Source: Minisyncoccota bacterium
Lineage (GTDB): Bacteria; Patescibacteriota; Minisyncoccia; JAHIHE01; JAGLIN01
Reading direction: 5' to 3'
DNA: 64,000 nucleotides
NCBI GenBank assembly: GCA_041661265.1
Contig: JBAZUT010000005.1
Coordinates: 27,038 to 91,037 of the forward strand
This document shows, one piece after another, positions 1 to 11,887 of the stretch (position 1 is its first letter; every line of letters starts with the position of its first letter). A program made the translations under genes and the position numbers. The notes beneath the pieces are model-generated. The model was not told where the DNA came from. It was given only the letters and a program-made list of their open reading frames with translations, and did not search any database.

Positions 1-177
1 GGAAATGTATTCGCGGGAGAGATTCTTCTGGTTGTTATCATGACACTTGCACCGTTCATCGCTCCGCTTCCTTTTTTCGCACTCGAACTTTTCGTAGGAT
101 TCATCCAGGCTCTGGTCTTTTCAATGCTTACTCTTGTATTCCTTAAAACGGCAGTGACGGCTCACGTGGAACACTAA
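1..177 (+). CDS. atpB: ATP synthase F0 subunit a, 3' part (truncated by window)
   Basis: Frame 1 reads GNVFAGEILL...LELFVGFIQALVFSMLT, stop TAA 175-177; precedes atpE. Confidence 0.95.
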   Translation, partial: GNVFAGEILLVVIMTLAPFIAPLPFFALELFVGFIQALVFSMLTLVFLKTAVTAHVEH

Positions 178-193
178 ATAAATTTATATATAA

Positions 194-445
<252 letters not shown>

Positions 446-452
446 TGAGCTC

Positions 453-488
453 GAGGGGGAGGAATACTCCCCCTCTTAGCTTGTTTTG
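453..488 (+). terminator. GC-rich hairpin after atpE (terminator or mRNA stabiliser)
   Basis: GAGGGGGAG-gaata-CTCCCCCTC perfect 9-bp stem followed by ttagcttgtttt. Confidence 0.65.
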
Positions 489-561
489 GCCCTTTGTATA
501 ATTATATGGCGAAGAATTGTTGATGCACGCGGAATAGGATGAGTTTTAGAATGCCGATTAT

Positions 562-690
562 AATTTCCAATTGTCAATGATCAATTATCAATAAATTTCC
601 AATGTTCAATTGTTCCAATAGCAAACCTTATATAATTGAATATTGTAAATTGAGATTTGATTGAAAATTGTGAATTGAAAATTGATAATT
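562..690. repeat. Heptamer-repeat imperfect palindrome (atpE-atpF)
   Basis: TTTCCAA TTGTCAA TGATCAA TTATCAA... then inverted TTGAAAA TTGTGAA TTGAAAA TTGATAA. Confidence 0.85.
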
Positions 691-765
691 TCGTGTTCTG
701 AATGTTTGTTTTGATTTTTTATTTTAAAATGAAATAGTGCTTAATAACAGTAATAATAAATATAT

Positions 766-1263
766 ATGTCCGAAATATTCGAAAAATTGGGAATAGACGC
801 AAAGCTCCTTATCTCGCAGATCGTAAATTTCATGCTACTTCTCATTATCCTGCAATATGTGGCCTATAAACCCATACTGAAAATGCTCAGGGAAAGAACC
901 GAAAAGATAGACAAGAGCCTGAAGCAGGCGCTGAAGATCGAAGAGGAACTGAAAAATACGGAAGAAACAAAGCTTTCCGAGATCAAGAAAGCAAAAGAAG
1001 ATGCCCAGAAGATCATCAAAGAAGCGCACGAAACAGCGGAGAAAAAATCCCTTGAGGCTATAGAAAAAACGAAAGAAAAAACGAAAGAAATAGTCGAAAA
1101 GGCAAAACTCGAGATCAAGGCGGAAAAAGACAATACCATAAGAGAAGCGAAAAAAGAGATCGTACAGCTTTCCATCGAGATCGCGAAAAAAGTCATCGGA
1201 GACAGTATTGACGAAGAGAACGAAAAAAAATCCATCAACGAAACATTGTCCAAGATAAAATAA
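766..1263 (+). CDS. atpF: ATP synthase F0 subunit b
   Basis: N-terminal TM QIVNFMLL..YKPILKML, charged coiled coil, operon position. Confidence 0.95.
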   Translation: MSEIFEKLGIDAKLLISQIVNFMLLLIILQYVAYKPILKMLRERTEKIDKSLKQALKIEEELKNTEETKLSEIKKAKEDAQKIIKEAHETAEKKSLEAIEKTKEKTKEIVEKAKLEIKAEKDNTIREAKKEIVQLSIEIAKKVIGDSIDEENEKKSINETLSKIK

Positions 1264-1281
1264 CCGAAATAGCCCAATAAT

Positions 1282-1668
1282 ATGAAAATCACGCCAAAAC
1301 AATATGCACTGAGCCTTTATGAATCTACGCAGAATTGCGATAAGGATGAGATCTCGAAAAGGATCTTGAGCTTCATAGATGTCTTAAGAAAGAACAATGA
1401 TCTGTCGCAGACAAACAAGATCATACAATACTACTACCAGCACTATAGGCAGGTGAAAAATATAACCAAGATCGAGATAAAAAGCAGCGAAAAGCTCGGG
1501 CCCAATATCATAAGCAAGATCCTGGAGAAATTCAATAAGCAGGTGGAGATCGAGGAAAAGATAGACCCCGCGCTTATCGGAGGAGTTGTCATCAGGATTA
1601 ATGACAATATTCTCATAGACGGAAGCATAAAGAGAAAGCTTGAAGATATCAAAGAAAAATTGGCATAA
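1282..1668 (+). CDS. atpH: ATP synthase F1 delta subunit (short form)
   Basis: KQYALSLY N-terminus, DPALIGGVVIRIND..IDGSIK C-terminus. Confidence 0.92.
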   Translation: MKITPKQYALSLYESTQNCDKDEISKRILSFIDVLRKNNDLSQTNKIIQYYYQHYRQVKNITKIEIKSSEKLGPNIISKILEKFNKQVEIEEKIDPALIGGVVIRINDNILIDGSIKRKLEDIKEKLA

Positions 1669-1701
1669 ATAATGATAATTTTATTTTTTAAACGCAAATA
1701 A

Positions 1702-3198
1702 ATGAACAGCCATATAATTGAAACGCTGAAAAAGGAAATCGCAAAAACAAAGCTCGATACTCAGCTTGAGAAAGTCGGCCAGGTCATAAAGATCAGCGAC
1801 GGAGTAGCGACGCTCAGCGGGCTCACCGACGCCATGAGCGGAGAACTTCTCGAATTCCCGGGAAAGATCTTCGGAGTTGCATTGAATCTCGAAGAAGATT
1901 CTGTCGGCGCCATGATCCTCGGAGACTATCTCAAGATAAAAGAAGGAGACACAGTGAAAAGCACGGGAAGGATACTCGAGGTGCCGGTCGGGAAAAATAT
2001 GATCGGCAGGGTCGTCAACGCACTCGGCCAGGCCATCGACGGAAAAGGCGAAATAAAATCCGACAAGTTCTATCCGGTTGAAAAAACAGCTCCCGGAGTC
2101 ATCAAGAGAAAATCAGTCAACACTCCGCTTCAAACAGGCATAAAAGCCATCGATTCCATGATCCCGATCGGAAGAGGCCAGAGAGAACTGATCATCGGAG
2201 ACAGACAGACGGGAAAAACCGCCATTGCGATCGACACTATAATCAATCAGAAAGGCAAGGATGTTATCTGTATCTATGTTGCCATCGGACAGAAAGGATC
2301 CAAGATCGCCAAGATCGTAGCAAAACTGGAAGAAAGCGGCGCAATGGATCACACAGTTGTCGTTCTTGCGAGCGCTTCAGATCCGGCATCGATGTCATTC
2401 ATCGCTCCCTATGCGGGATGCGCGATCGGAGAATATTTCATGGACCAGGGAAAAGACGCGATGATCATTTATGACGACCTGAGCAAACACGCATGGGCGT
2501 ACAGGCAAGTGTCGCTGATCCTCCGCAGGCCCCCGGGAAGAGAAGCATATCCGGGAGATATATTCTATCTGCATTCAAGGCTCCTTGAGAGAGCTTCAAA
2601 ATTGGATGAAAAATATGGCGGCGGTTCGCTTACGGCACTTCCGATAATCGAAACACAGGCGGGAGACGTCAGCGCCTACATTCCGACCAACGTCATCTCC
2701 ATCACCGACGGACAGATATTCCTTGAGACCGATCTCTTTTATCAGGGAATAAGGCCCGCCATAAATCCGGGAATATCCGTTTCCAGGGTGGGATCCAGCG
2801 CGCAGACCAAAGCCATGAAGAAAGTTGCCGGAAAGCTCAGGCTGGAACTGGCTCAGTTCAGAGAACTGGCGGCATTCGCTCAATTCTCCAGCGATCTGGA
2901 CAAGGAAACAAAGGACAAGATCGAAAGAGGAAAAAGGCTTACTGAAGTTCTGAAACAGACGCAATACAGTCCCCTTTCCATGGAACAGCAGGTTGCGATC
3001 ATTTTTGCGACGATCAATGGCTATCTCGATGACGTCGAAGTTGAGAAAGTGAAAGAATTCGAAAGATCCCTGCTCGAATATCTGAATGAGAAGAACAGCG
3101 ATATCATCAAAAAGATCGCAGCCGATAAAGATCTCAGCGAAGAAACCGTGGGCAAGCTGAAAAGCGCCATTGAGGAATTCAAGAAGAAATTCATCTGA
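1702..3198 (+). CDS. atpA: ATP synthase F1 alpha subunit
   Basis: GDRQTGKT Walker [13 protein letters not shown]. Confidence 0.99.
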   Translation: MNSHIIETLKKEIAKTKLDTQLEKVGQVIKISDGVATLSGLTDAMSGELLEFPGKIFGVALNLEEDSVGAMILGDYLKIKEGDTVKSTGRILEVPVGKNMIGRVVNALGQAIDGKGEIKSDKFYPVEKTAPGVIKRKSVNTPLQTGIKAIDSMIPIGRGQRELIIGDRQTGKTAIAIDTIINQKGKDVICIYVAIGQKGSKIAKIVAKLEESGAMDHTVVVLASASDPASMSFIAPYAGCAIGEYFMDQGKDAMIIYDDLSKHAWAYRQVSLILRRPPGREAYPGDIFYLHSRLLERASKLDEKYGGGSLTALPIIETQAGDVSAYIPTNVISITDGQIFLETDLFYQGIRPAINPGISVSRVGSSAQTKAMKKVAGKLRLELAQFRELAAFAQFSSDLDKETKDKIERGKRLTEVLKQTQYSPLSMEQQVAIIFATINGYLDDVEVEKVKEFERSLLEYLNEKNSDIIKKIAADKDLSEETVGKLKSAIEEFKKKFI

Positions 3199-3247
3199 AC
3201 CCCATTCTTTGTTAAAATGTCAGTATGCTAAAATGTTAAAATGATTT

Positions 3248-4156
3248 ATGCAGTCAACCCGACAGATCAGAAGACAAATACAATCGATAAAAAGCACTTC
3301 ACAGATCACGAAAGCGATGCAGATGGTGGCTGCGTCCAAGATGAGAAAAAGCCAGGAAACGGCGCTTATGGCAAGACCGTATGCGCAAGCTGCACTGAAA
3401 CTGCTTGAGAATGTCAGTGAATCGGTCGAGCCCAAACAGCATAGCCTCCTGGAGAATAGGGACGTCAAAAATGTGTGCATACTTGTCGTCTCTTCGGACA
3501 AAGGTCTTTGTGGCGGACTGAACAGCAATGTCATCAGAGAGACGCTAAAGATCATGGAGCAGCATAAGAGCAAAAACATCTCGCTGATCACTGTTGGAAA
3601 AAAAGCTGAGAACTATTTCAGAAAAACCAAGAAAATTTCCGCTTCTTTTTCCGGCTTCGGGGATACGATCGAACTCAAGGAGACTCTCCCGCTTTCAAGG
3701 GTATTATTGGATGATTTCACAAGCAATAAATATGACAAGATCGTTGCCGTATATACCAATTTCGTTTCCACATTGAAACAGGAAGCGAAAGTAAAGAAGC
3801 TTCTCCCGATAACAAAAAGAAGCATAGAGGAAACGATCGAAGAAATCGAAGACATGGCCATTAAAAATAATAATGGAGAGAAAAATGGCGGAAACGGCAT
3901 CGAATACAAATTCGAGCCTTCAGCCGATGAGGTGCTTTGCAGGCTCCTTCCTAATCTCGTTGAAACGCAAGTTTATCATATCGTGCTGGAATCGAATGCT
4001 TCGGAACACAGCGCAAGGATGGTGGCAATGAAAAGCGCGACCGATAACGCCCGGGAAATACTCGGCGACCTGAAACTTTCGTATAACTATATCAGGCAGC
4101 AGAAGATCACGCAGGAAATAAGCGAAATATCGGCAGGCGTGGCGGCGCAGGAATAA
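3248..4156 (+). CDS. atpG: ATP synthase F1 gamma subunit
   Basis: ITKAMQMVAASK, SDKGLCG, SEHSARMVAMKSATDNA, RQQKITQEISEI. Confidence 0.98.
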   Translation: MQSTRQIRRQIQSIKSTSQITKAMQMVAASKMRKSQETALMARPYAQAALKLLENVSESVEPKQHSLLENRDVKNVCILVVSSDKGLCGGLNSNVIRETLKIMEQHKSKNISLITVGKKAENYFRKTKKISASFSGFGDTIELKETLPLSRVLLDDFTSNKYDKIVAVYTNFVSTLKQEAKVKKLLPITKRSIEETIEEIEDMAIKNNNGEKNGGNGIEYKFEPSADEVLCRLLPNLVETQVYHIVLESNASEHSARMVAMKSATDNAREILGDLKLSYNYIRQQKITQEISEISAGVAAQE

Positions 4157-4231
4157 GCCACCGGATCTGCTTTGTGGCTCTAAGTCTGTTCTAATGAAAC
4201 AACTCGCATTCCGACAATCGTTCAGATATAA

Positions 4232-4337
4232 TTCAAAAATTAAAAATCAAAATGCAAAATTGCAATGTAAAATTAAAAATTATTAAAGTTTTGATTTTTG
4301 GAATGTAATTTTGATTTTTGATCTTTGAACTTTGATC
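4232..4337. repeat. Heptamer-repeat imperfect palindrome (atpG-atpD)
   Basis: AAAAATT AAAAATC AAAATGC AAAATTG... then TTTTTGA TCTTTGA ACTTTGA. Confidence 0.85.
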
Positions 4338-4405
4338 TACCCGCAATAAATATGGTCAAATCCCAAAACAACTAGTGATAATTCTTATAAATCTTAATAT
4401 GTTAA

Positions 4406-5791
<1,386 letters not shown>

Positions 5792-5807
5792 AAAAGAGTG
5801 ATGTTGA

Positions 5808-6227
5808 TCACTCAAGATAATATTTTTCATAGACATCCGCAGACCATCTGAAAGACTCCCCTATCGAATGCAAAGACAGCACCCTGCATATCTGTGTTTC
5901 ATTGCTTTTAATGAATTCCAGAAGCTTGCTTATCTCATCTTTACTGAAATTGTCCAGATCCGGAGTGCTGCGTTTTGCCAATCTTGACATACCCGGAATA
6001 AAATTGCACATGATACCTATGTTTTCACGAAGACAGATGCCGCAATCTTTCACTATTATGAGCCACTGATTAATATTACCCTTCTTATACAGCACAGCCT
6101 CCTTCAGCTCAAACATGGCTATGAAATTTGCGAGTTCAGATCTCTCGTCTGCGATTTTTCTCCTTTCTTCACCCTTCTGTATCTTGAATCCATTATATTC
6201 TTCCTTTCTCGACGTTAAATCTGCCAT
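5808..6227 (-). CDS. Hypothetical protein, antisense within atp operon
   Basis: 139-aa ORF filling the atpD-atpC gap, with own promoter and GGAG-type SD. Confidence 0.7.
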   Translation of the reverse strand: MADLTSRKEEYNGFKIQKGEERRKIADERSELANFIAMFELKEAVLYKKGNINQWLIIVKDCGICLRENIGIMCNFIPGMSRLAKRSTPDLDNFSKDEISKLLEFIKSNETQICRVLSLHSIGESFRWSADVYEKYYLE

Positions 6228-6244
6228 ATTTTTCCTCCACTCAA

Positions 6245-6273
6245 ATATTAGATACTTTTACAGCCTGTGTCAA
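6245..6273 (-). promoter_or_regulatory. Sigma70-type promoter for 5808..6227
   Basis: TTGACA-17 nt-TAATAT on minus strand. Confidence 0.65.
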
Positions 6274-6317
6274 GCATCAAGAGATGCGCCATCAAGTTTA
6301 AATGCTAATATGATATT

Positions 6318-6728
6318 ATGAAAATTAAATTGAAAATAATAACCCCGGAAAAGATCGCATATGAAGGAGAGGCTGATCAAGTTACGATACCGACGCATGA
6401 CGGAGAAATAACCGTGCTTGCAAACCACATACCTCTCGTCAGTTCCATGAAACACGGCGAACTAATCGTTAGGAACGACGGAAAAGACATCTTTCTGGCA
6501 GTATATAACGGTTTTATCGAGATAAAGAAAAACGAGATGGTCATAATGACGGATATTGCGGACAGGATCGCAGAAATAGACGAGCAGAAAGCGGAAGAGG
6601 CAAGAAGGAAGGCTGAAGAACTCCTAAAGACGAAAGATATGCTCTCGGACGTTGCCTTTGCCGATGCGACTGCAGCACTGGAAAAATCATTGGCAAGACT
6701 CAAGGTTGCCAGAAGGAAAAAGCATTGA
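6318..6728 (+). CDS. atpC: ATP synthase F1 epsilon subunit
   Basis: LKIITPEK, GEITVLANHIPL, C-terminal helical hairpin. Confidence 0.97.
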   Translation: MKIKLKIITPEKIAYEGEADQVTIPTHDGEITVLANHIPLVSSMKHGELIVRNDGKDIFLAVYNGFIEIKKNEMVIMTDIADRIAEIDEQKAEEARRKAEELLKTKDMLSDVAFADATAALEKSLARLKVARRKKH

Positions 6729-6747
6729 TCGGAAAATAACAACAGTA

Positions 6748-7686
6748 ATGACGATAAAAGAGGCGCTTAAGTCAGCGACAGATAGGCTGAGATCCAGTAA
6801 TTCCCCTTCCGCATATCTTGATGCGGAAGTTTTACTTTTGCATGCGCTTAGAAGAAAGAAAGATGTTCGCGATAAAAGCTGGGTCTATATCAACAGTAAT
6901 TACGATCTCTCAAGAAAAGAAGAGGCGTCGTTCTTCGGTTTTATAAGCAGAAGATGTCTTCATGAGCCGGTGGCTTATATCATCGAGAAAAAAGAATTCT
7001 ATGGATATGACTTTTATGTGAACGAAAATGCCCTTATTCCGCGTCCTGAAACGGAAATGATAGTAAGCGAGGTATTGGAAACGATCAGATCGAAAAAGGA
7101 ATGCGGTTGTAAATTCGACCTGTTGGATATCGGCACAGGATCCGGATGCATAATCATAAGCGTCTTGAATGAACTTGCCAAGACACATCGGCAAAAACTG
7201 GTCCATTCAGCGATCGCTAATGATATTTCAAAAAAAGCGATCGAGGTGGCGGAAAGAAACTCAAGAAAATACCGTTTAAATAAAAAAATAAGGTTCATTT
7301 GCGAAGACTTTTCCGATATGCTCAGGGATAAGGATCTTATCGACCGCTCAAGAAGATTAATAATCACAGCGAATCTCCCTTATATAAGAACCGACGGATA
7401 TGATAGACTTCTCAGCAGCGTCAAATATGAACCCAGATCTGCCCTGGTTGGAGGGAAGGATGGCCTAAAATTCATAACAAAGCTCATAAATAATGTCGCG
7501 AAGCTTAAAAAGAATGCCAATAGCGACATAATCATGTTTATTGAATCGGATCCCGAACAGATAAACATCATCAAAAAACTAGCGCGCGGATCATTACCGG
7601 ACAGTGAAAGTGTCATTCTGAAAGACCTGAGCAAGAAAAGAAGGTTTGTAAAGATCGAACTGAAAAATGATAGACAATGCAAATAA
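6748..7686 (+). CDS. prmC: Release factor glutamine methyltransferase
   Basis: EPVAYI, LIPRPETE, DIGTGSG, NLPY motifs; start set at ATG 6748 after atpC. Confidence 0.93.
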   Translation: MTIKEALKSATDRLRSSNSPSAYLDAEVLLLHALRRKKDVRDKSWVYINSNYDLSRKEEASFFGFISRRCLHEPVAYIIEKKEFYGYDFYVNENALIPRPETEMIVSEVLETIRSKKECGCKFDLLDIGTGSGCIIISVLNELAKTHRQKLVHSAIANDISKKAIEVAERNSRKYRLNKKIRFICEDFSDMLRDKDLIDRSRRLIITANLPYIRTDGYDRLLSSVKYEPRSALVGGKDGLKFITKLINNVAKLKKNANSDIIMFIESDPEQINIIKKLARGSLPDSESVILKDLSKKRRFVKIELKNDRQCK

Positions 7687-7747
7687 CATAAAACACGACC
7701 CAATTCAAATGATCGTGTTTTATTTTTATATGCAACAAAAACTTAAA

Positions 7748-7837
7748 CTATCTTTTTTTCTTCTTTGATGCTTTTCTCTTTACAGTTCTTCTCTTGGTAG
7801 TTTTTTTCTTTGCAGCTTTTTTCTTCTTCGTTGCCAC
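7748..7837 (-). CDS. 29-aa Lys/Arg-rich histone H1-like peptide (not in ORF track)
   Basis: GTG start after GGAAGGGGGTG SD; MATKKKKAAKKKTTKRRTVKRKASKKKKR*. Confidence 0.7.
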   Translation of the reverse strand: MATKKKKAAKKKTTKRRTVKRKASKKKKR

Positions 7838-8242
7838 TTGAAACCACCCCCTTCCTTTTTTGTTTAATGATAACCAATCTCATATGACGAGATCGATAGA
7901 CATATTATTTTGTTTATATTTTTATTATACATGATATTATAATTAAATGCAATAATATGCAAGATCCATGCGCTGAATCGCAACATATCGATGCAGAAAA
8001 CACTGTTATAAGAAAAACTTTCTGGGATATTTTTCCAACTGCCTCAGACTCAAGGCGTTGATCTTCGCATCGGATCATAATTGGCGATAGACCTGGTCTG
8101 GCTTGAAAAATTATTCCGCTTTCCCCTTTTTTACTCTTATCTTAGCTAAATTCTTGCCTCATAGCCCGAATTGTGATAGTATTTCAATATAACGAAAGGT
8201 GATCTTTAATAATTAAATTCCTTAAGAAAGGGGGTGAAATAA

Positions 8243-8917
8243 ATGCAGGAAACAGAAATCGATATAATAAGCACTGATGAACCGGGAATGGTAGAAAAAA
8301 TAAAGAATTGGGCTTACGACAACTGGCAGACCATACTTGTCGTGCTGATAGTCCTGATAGTAGGCATGAGCGCATATAATTACAATCAGAATGGAACCGC
8401 CTTGGAAGAGAAAAACAGCTCTGCAGTCGCCGGTAAAGATGATAGTTCATCGAATGGCAATGAAAACACAGTCGTGGCAGAAAACACCGACACTGCCGAT
8501 AAAAACGAAGGCACGGAAGCTTCAGCGGAAACAAAGGACCAAAACAATGCATCCGCGGAAGATTCATCGGTTTTGACGAACAGCACGGAAAACGTAAATA
8601 CCGAAAGTAATACAGTTACATCGGCTATAGACGATAGCGGTAAAAAATATACAGTAACGGCCGTCAAGGGAAATGGAATAACACACCTGGCAAGAAAGGC
8701 TCTCGGTGAATACTTGAAGGAAACGGGACAGGGATCGGATCTTACTCCTGAACACAAAATATACATAGAGGACTATATTCAGAACAGAACCGGCAATCAG
8801 AAAGTTTCAGTGGGACAGCAGCAATCCTTCTCTGAAAGCCTTATCACGGATGCAATTTCAAGTGCTAAAACTCTTTCGCCAAAATCGTTGGAAAATCTGC
8901 AAAAATACATAAAATGA
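8243..8917 (+). CDS. Membrane-anchored hypothetical protein with low-complexity linker
   Basis: Single TM, S/N/E-rich linker, C-terminal YTVTAVKGNGITHLAR (LysM-like start); SD GGGGGTGA. Confidence 0.75.
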   Translation: MQETEIDIISTDEPGMVEKIKNWAYDNWQTILVVLIVLIVGMSAYNYNQNGTALEEKNSSAVAGKDDSSSNGNENTVVAENTDTADKNEGTEASAETKDQNNASAEDSSVLTNSTENVNTESNTVTSAIDDSGKKYTVTAVKGNGITHLARKALGEYLKETGQGSDLTPEHKIYIEDYIQNRTGNQKVSVGQQQSFSESLITDAISSAKTLSPKSLENLQKYIK

Positions 8918-8987
8918 AACGCACTTTAATTTAGAAAACAACGCATTAACATAAATAAACATAAACGCGCGCTAAGACAAAACAAAA

Positions 8988-9022
8988 AAGAAACCGGCAG
9001 TGATCAAAACTGCCGGTTTCTT
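8988..9022. terminator. Bidirectional intrinsic terminator
   Basis: AAGAAACCGGCAGT/ACTGCCGGTTTCTT 14-bp stem between convergent genes. Confidence 0.85.
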
Positions 9023-9043
9023 CTTATATAAAAGCCATAAAGG

Positions 9044-10483
9044 CTAATCCAGCTCCTTTGAATACAGATCGGCATATAACATAACCCTGTCCGGATAGAA
9101 GAACAGATTCTTGCGTCTCCAGCTTCCTCCGCCAAGATATTGTCCGGCGGCTTCATATTCCGCATCATAGCTCCCGGTCGTAACTCCCGATACTTTTGAA
9201 AGCTTGGTCGCCATTGCAGCCATTGCGTCCGTAAGGTCCCATGGATTCGGCGGATAATGTCCGGATATTTCGCTCACCTCTTCTTCATGCGCCAGCCATG
9301 TGGTCGGTATGAATTGAGCAGGACCCATGGCGCCTCCGCACCCGTAGTTAGGCTCCTTTGAAACATTAACGGAATCAGGTTCTATGCCGAGTTTGTTTAC
9401 GATCTCGAAATATGCATTCCTTTCGTCCTCCGCCCTTTTAATATAATATTTTTTTCGGGACGCGGTTTTCGCGATCTTCGAAATCCTCAAATAGCACTGA
9501 TACATATCGTCATTCCAGTTCCCCGTACCGACATTGACACCCATATCGGATTCAACCTTGAGTATTCCCAGCAGAAACGCCGGGCGGACACCGATCCTGG
9601 CTCCGATATATTTTGCAGCCGCAAATGCATCGGAAAACTTTATTTTACTTCCCATGATCTGAAGATCATGCAGCTTTGCTTTCAGAGAAGGCAATATATT
9701 TTTGTTCTCTTCCAGGATCTGCTGGAATTTCTTTTCCTGTCCTTTTGTGACCTCGAGAAGTTCCGCTTTCTGTTTTTTCAACTCTTCAAAATTATTATTC
9801 TGTTTCGTCTTTATGCCTATGAGTTCCTGATGCTGCAATTGCTCTTCTTCCAGCTCCCCTTCTTTGATCCCCAGATCGTCTTTTTCTTTCTTCAGGGCGG
9901 TTATTGTGTCGTATATCTTGCTTTCCATGGCCTCTGTCGAATTGAATTCATTGAAAAAATCAGATATGTTTTCTCTGGTAAGAAGCGTTTCAAAAATTGA
10001 ATCCTGGTCATAAACATATAAAAGCTTTATATACTCTTTCAGGATCTCCTTATTTCTGATTATCCTGCTCTCACTGTCCACTATTTTGTTTTTTGTATCT
10101 TCGATCCCAAGCTCTATCTCTTCTATCCTTAGTTTCGTTTCCTTCACCTCCAGCTCATTCTTTTTTATATTGTTCTCGTATATGGCCATATCCGTTTTGA
10201 GCGACCTTGCCTTTTTCTGTTGCGCTTTGATCTCGACGGTATAATTGCTGATCTTTGACTGAACATCCTTGATCTCCTGTCTAACCTTGTCCATAGATTC
10301 GTTTATTTCATCCAAATTCACCGATGCCGCATCCGAACCGCTTTCTTCCGCTTCCGCCTGCAAGACCGATGTTCTTCCGACAAGCAACGTTATAGACAGA
10401 ATAAACACAAGAAAACCGCACAACAAAATAGTTCTGCGGCTTCCTGACAATATCAATACTTTGATTTTTAAACCTATTTTCAT
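9044..10483 (-). CDS. Coiled-coil lytic murein transglycosylase family protein
   Basis: Signal/TM, long coiled coil, ES catalytic motif and GAMGPAQFIPTTW; start trimmed to avoid rplY overlap. Confidence 0.85.
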   Translation of the reverse strand: MKIGLKIKVLILSGSRRTILLCGFLVFILSITLLVGRTSVLQAEAEESGSDAASVNLDEINESMDKVRQEIKDVQSKISNYTVEIKAQQKKARSLKTDMAIYENNIKKNELEVKETKLRIEEIELGIEDTKNKIVDSESRIIRNKEILKEYIKLLYVYDQDSIFETLLTRENISDFFNEFNSTEAMESKIYDTITALKKEKDDLGIKEGELEEEQLQHQELIGIKTKQNNNFEELKKQKAELLEVTKGQEKKFQQILEENKNILPSLKAKLHDLQIMGSKIKFSDAFAAAKYIGARIGVRPAFLLGILKVESDMGVNVGTGNWNDDMYQCYLRISKIAKTASRKKYYIKRAEDERNAYFEIVNKLGIEPDSVNVSKEPNYGCGGAMGPAQFIPTTWLAHEEEVSEISGHYPPNPWDLTDAMAAMATKLSKVSGVTTGSYDAEYEAAGQYLGGGSWRRKNLFFYPDRVMLYADLYSKELD

Positions 10484-10514
10484 GGATATTTGGGATATGG
10501 GTATATCTCTTGAA

Positions 10515-11219
10515 TTATCCTTTCTTCTCCTTTTTCTTTTCTTCAGGAGCAGGCGCTTCCGCTTCAGCTTCTTCGCCTTCCTTCTTCTCCTTAGCTTCCA
10601 CCTTCTCAACAGCTTCAACATTCTCTTCAACTTTTCCTTCAAGTTCTTCCATTTCCTTGTCGCTTCTTGGCGGCATCACAGTCACAACCACATTATCGAT
10701 ACCGGTCAGAACCTCGATCTTATCGGAAATTCCAAGATCCTTTACCCTGATCGCATCATTCAGCTTTTCAAGCTTTGAGAGATCAACTATGATCTCATGC
10801 ATAAGATCTCCGGGAAGACACTTTATTTCGATCTTGTCGTGCACCTTTGCGATTATTCCTCCCTCATTCTTCACCGCAAGAGATTCACCCACAAACTTGA
10901 TCGGTATTTTTGCCGTGATCTTCTGATCCATCCTGACCTGATACAGATCAAAGTGAATTATAGCGCCCGAAAGAGGGTCCACTTGGAAATCGCTGATGAC
11001 GATCTTTCCGACGTCCTTTCCTCCGACCTTAAGGTCGACAAGCGTGCTTTCTCCGGCTTTCCTAAAAGTACTTCTAAAATCTTTTTCTTTGATCTTAATA
11101 GCGACATTCTTTGACTTGGGTCCATAAACGATTCCGGGAATGTATCCGCTATTCCTGGTCTTGCTCGGTTTCTCATCCTTGAGATCCCTTACCTCCGCTG
11201 ACATTGTTAAATTTTCCAT
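10515..11219 (-). CDS. rplY: 50S ribosomal protein bL25 (Ctc long form)
   Basis: IPGIVYG, QVDPLSGAIIHFDLY, acidic tail. Confidence 0.95.
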   Translation of the reverse strand: MENLTMSAEVRDLKDEKPSKTRNSGYIPGIVYGPKSKNVAIKIKEKDFRSTFRKAGESTLVDLKVGGKDVGKIVISDFQVDPLSGAIIHFDLYQVRMDQKITAKIPIKFVGESLAVKNEGGIIAKVHDKIEIKCLPGDLMHEIIVDLSKLEKLNDAIRVKDLGISDKIEVLTGIDNVVVTVMPPRSDKEMEELEGKVEENVEAVEKVEAKEKKEGEEAEAEAPAPEEKKKEKKG

Positions 11220-11251
11220 ACTATTATCCTTTTTAAATATTTAAATTAATT

Positions 11252-11554
11252 TTATTTGCATTCTTCCAAAAATCTATGCATCTCCAGAACATCGTCATAA
11301 TCAATACTGTTTCCGCTGATCCTCTCGATATCATCCTCAACGATATCAGTCATGGTGCTTACGGAAGTTATCCCGAGAGCCCCCGTCATTATGACCATCA
11401 TAAGCGAGCTTTTACATTGCGTGCAATTCATATATAAAGTTATCAGCCCCTCTTTCTTCTCTATGATCCTAATGTTGTCTTTCTCATACTTAAAATCGCA
11501 CATCGGGCACTTGCTCATAATCTGCAAATTCGGCATTTGATTTGATTTTGACAT
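11252..11554 (-). CDS. Zn-ribbon hypothetical protein
   Basis: CPMC and CTQC pairs, C-terminal IDYDDVLEMH. Confidence 0.75.
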   Translation of the reverse strand: MSKSNQMPNLQIMSKCPMCDFKYEKDNIRIIEKKEGLITLYMNCTQCKSSLMMVIMTGALGITSVSTMTDIVEDDIERISGNSIDYDDVLEMHRFLEECK

Positions 11555-11792
11555 TTGTTTGTATATGGTTTATTAGCTATCAATAGGGCTAATATATGCA
11601 ACGAACTACGCAAAAAACAGCTTTATTTGCCTTATATTGCAACATATCTATATTAATATAGGATTCCAATAATGTCAATATTATGCGCCATTATCGGTTA
11701 ATTTGATTTTAGCAAATATTACCGAAATATGCAATTCAATAACTATAGGTAAATTATACATTTATACGGCATAATTCTGAATTTAAGAGGCC

Positions 11793-11820
11793 TTGACAGA
11801 CACATTCTAATCATTATAAT
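11793..11820 (+). promoter_or_regulatory. Consensus sigma70 promoter with no downstream ORF
   Basis: TTGACA-16 nt-TATAAT. Confidence 0.65.
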
Positions 11821-11887
11821 TAATAATTATATCAGAAAGAGGAGAGAATCGGTATTAACAGAAAAAACAAAAATAAACACAGAAAGT

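Noticed and set aside
562-690. Heptamer arrays as CRISPR arrays
   Set aside because: No 23-47-bp direct repeats separated by unique spacers, and no cas genes in the window.
1702-3198. Alternative genetic code (UGA=Gly) as in Gracilibacteria/Absconditabacteria
   Set aside because: TGA ends atpA, atpC and the hydrogenase large subunit at expected positions, and conserved genes have no internal TGA.
6652-6747. Longer prmC start
   Set aside because: Overlaps atpC; ATG 6748 gives a normal PrmC N-terminus.
10484-10642. Basic N-terminal extension of the transglycosylase ORF
   Set aside because: It overlaps the acidic tail of rplY in another frame; likely an ORF-calling artefact.
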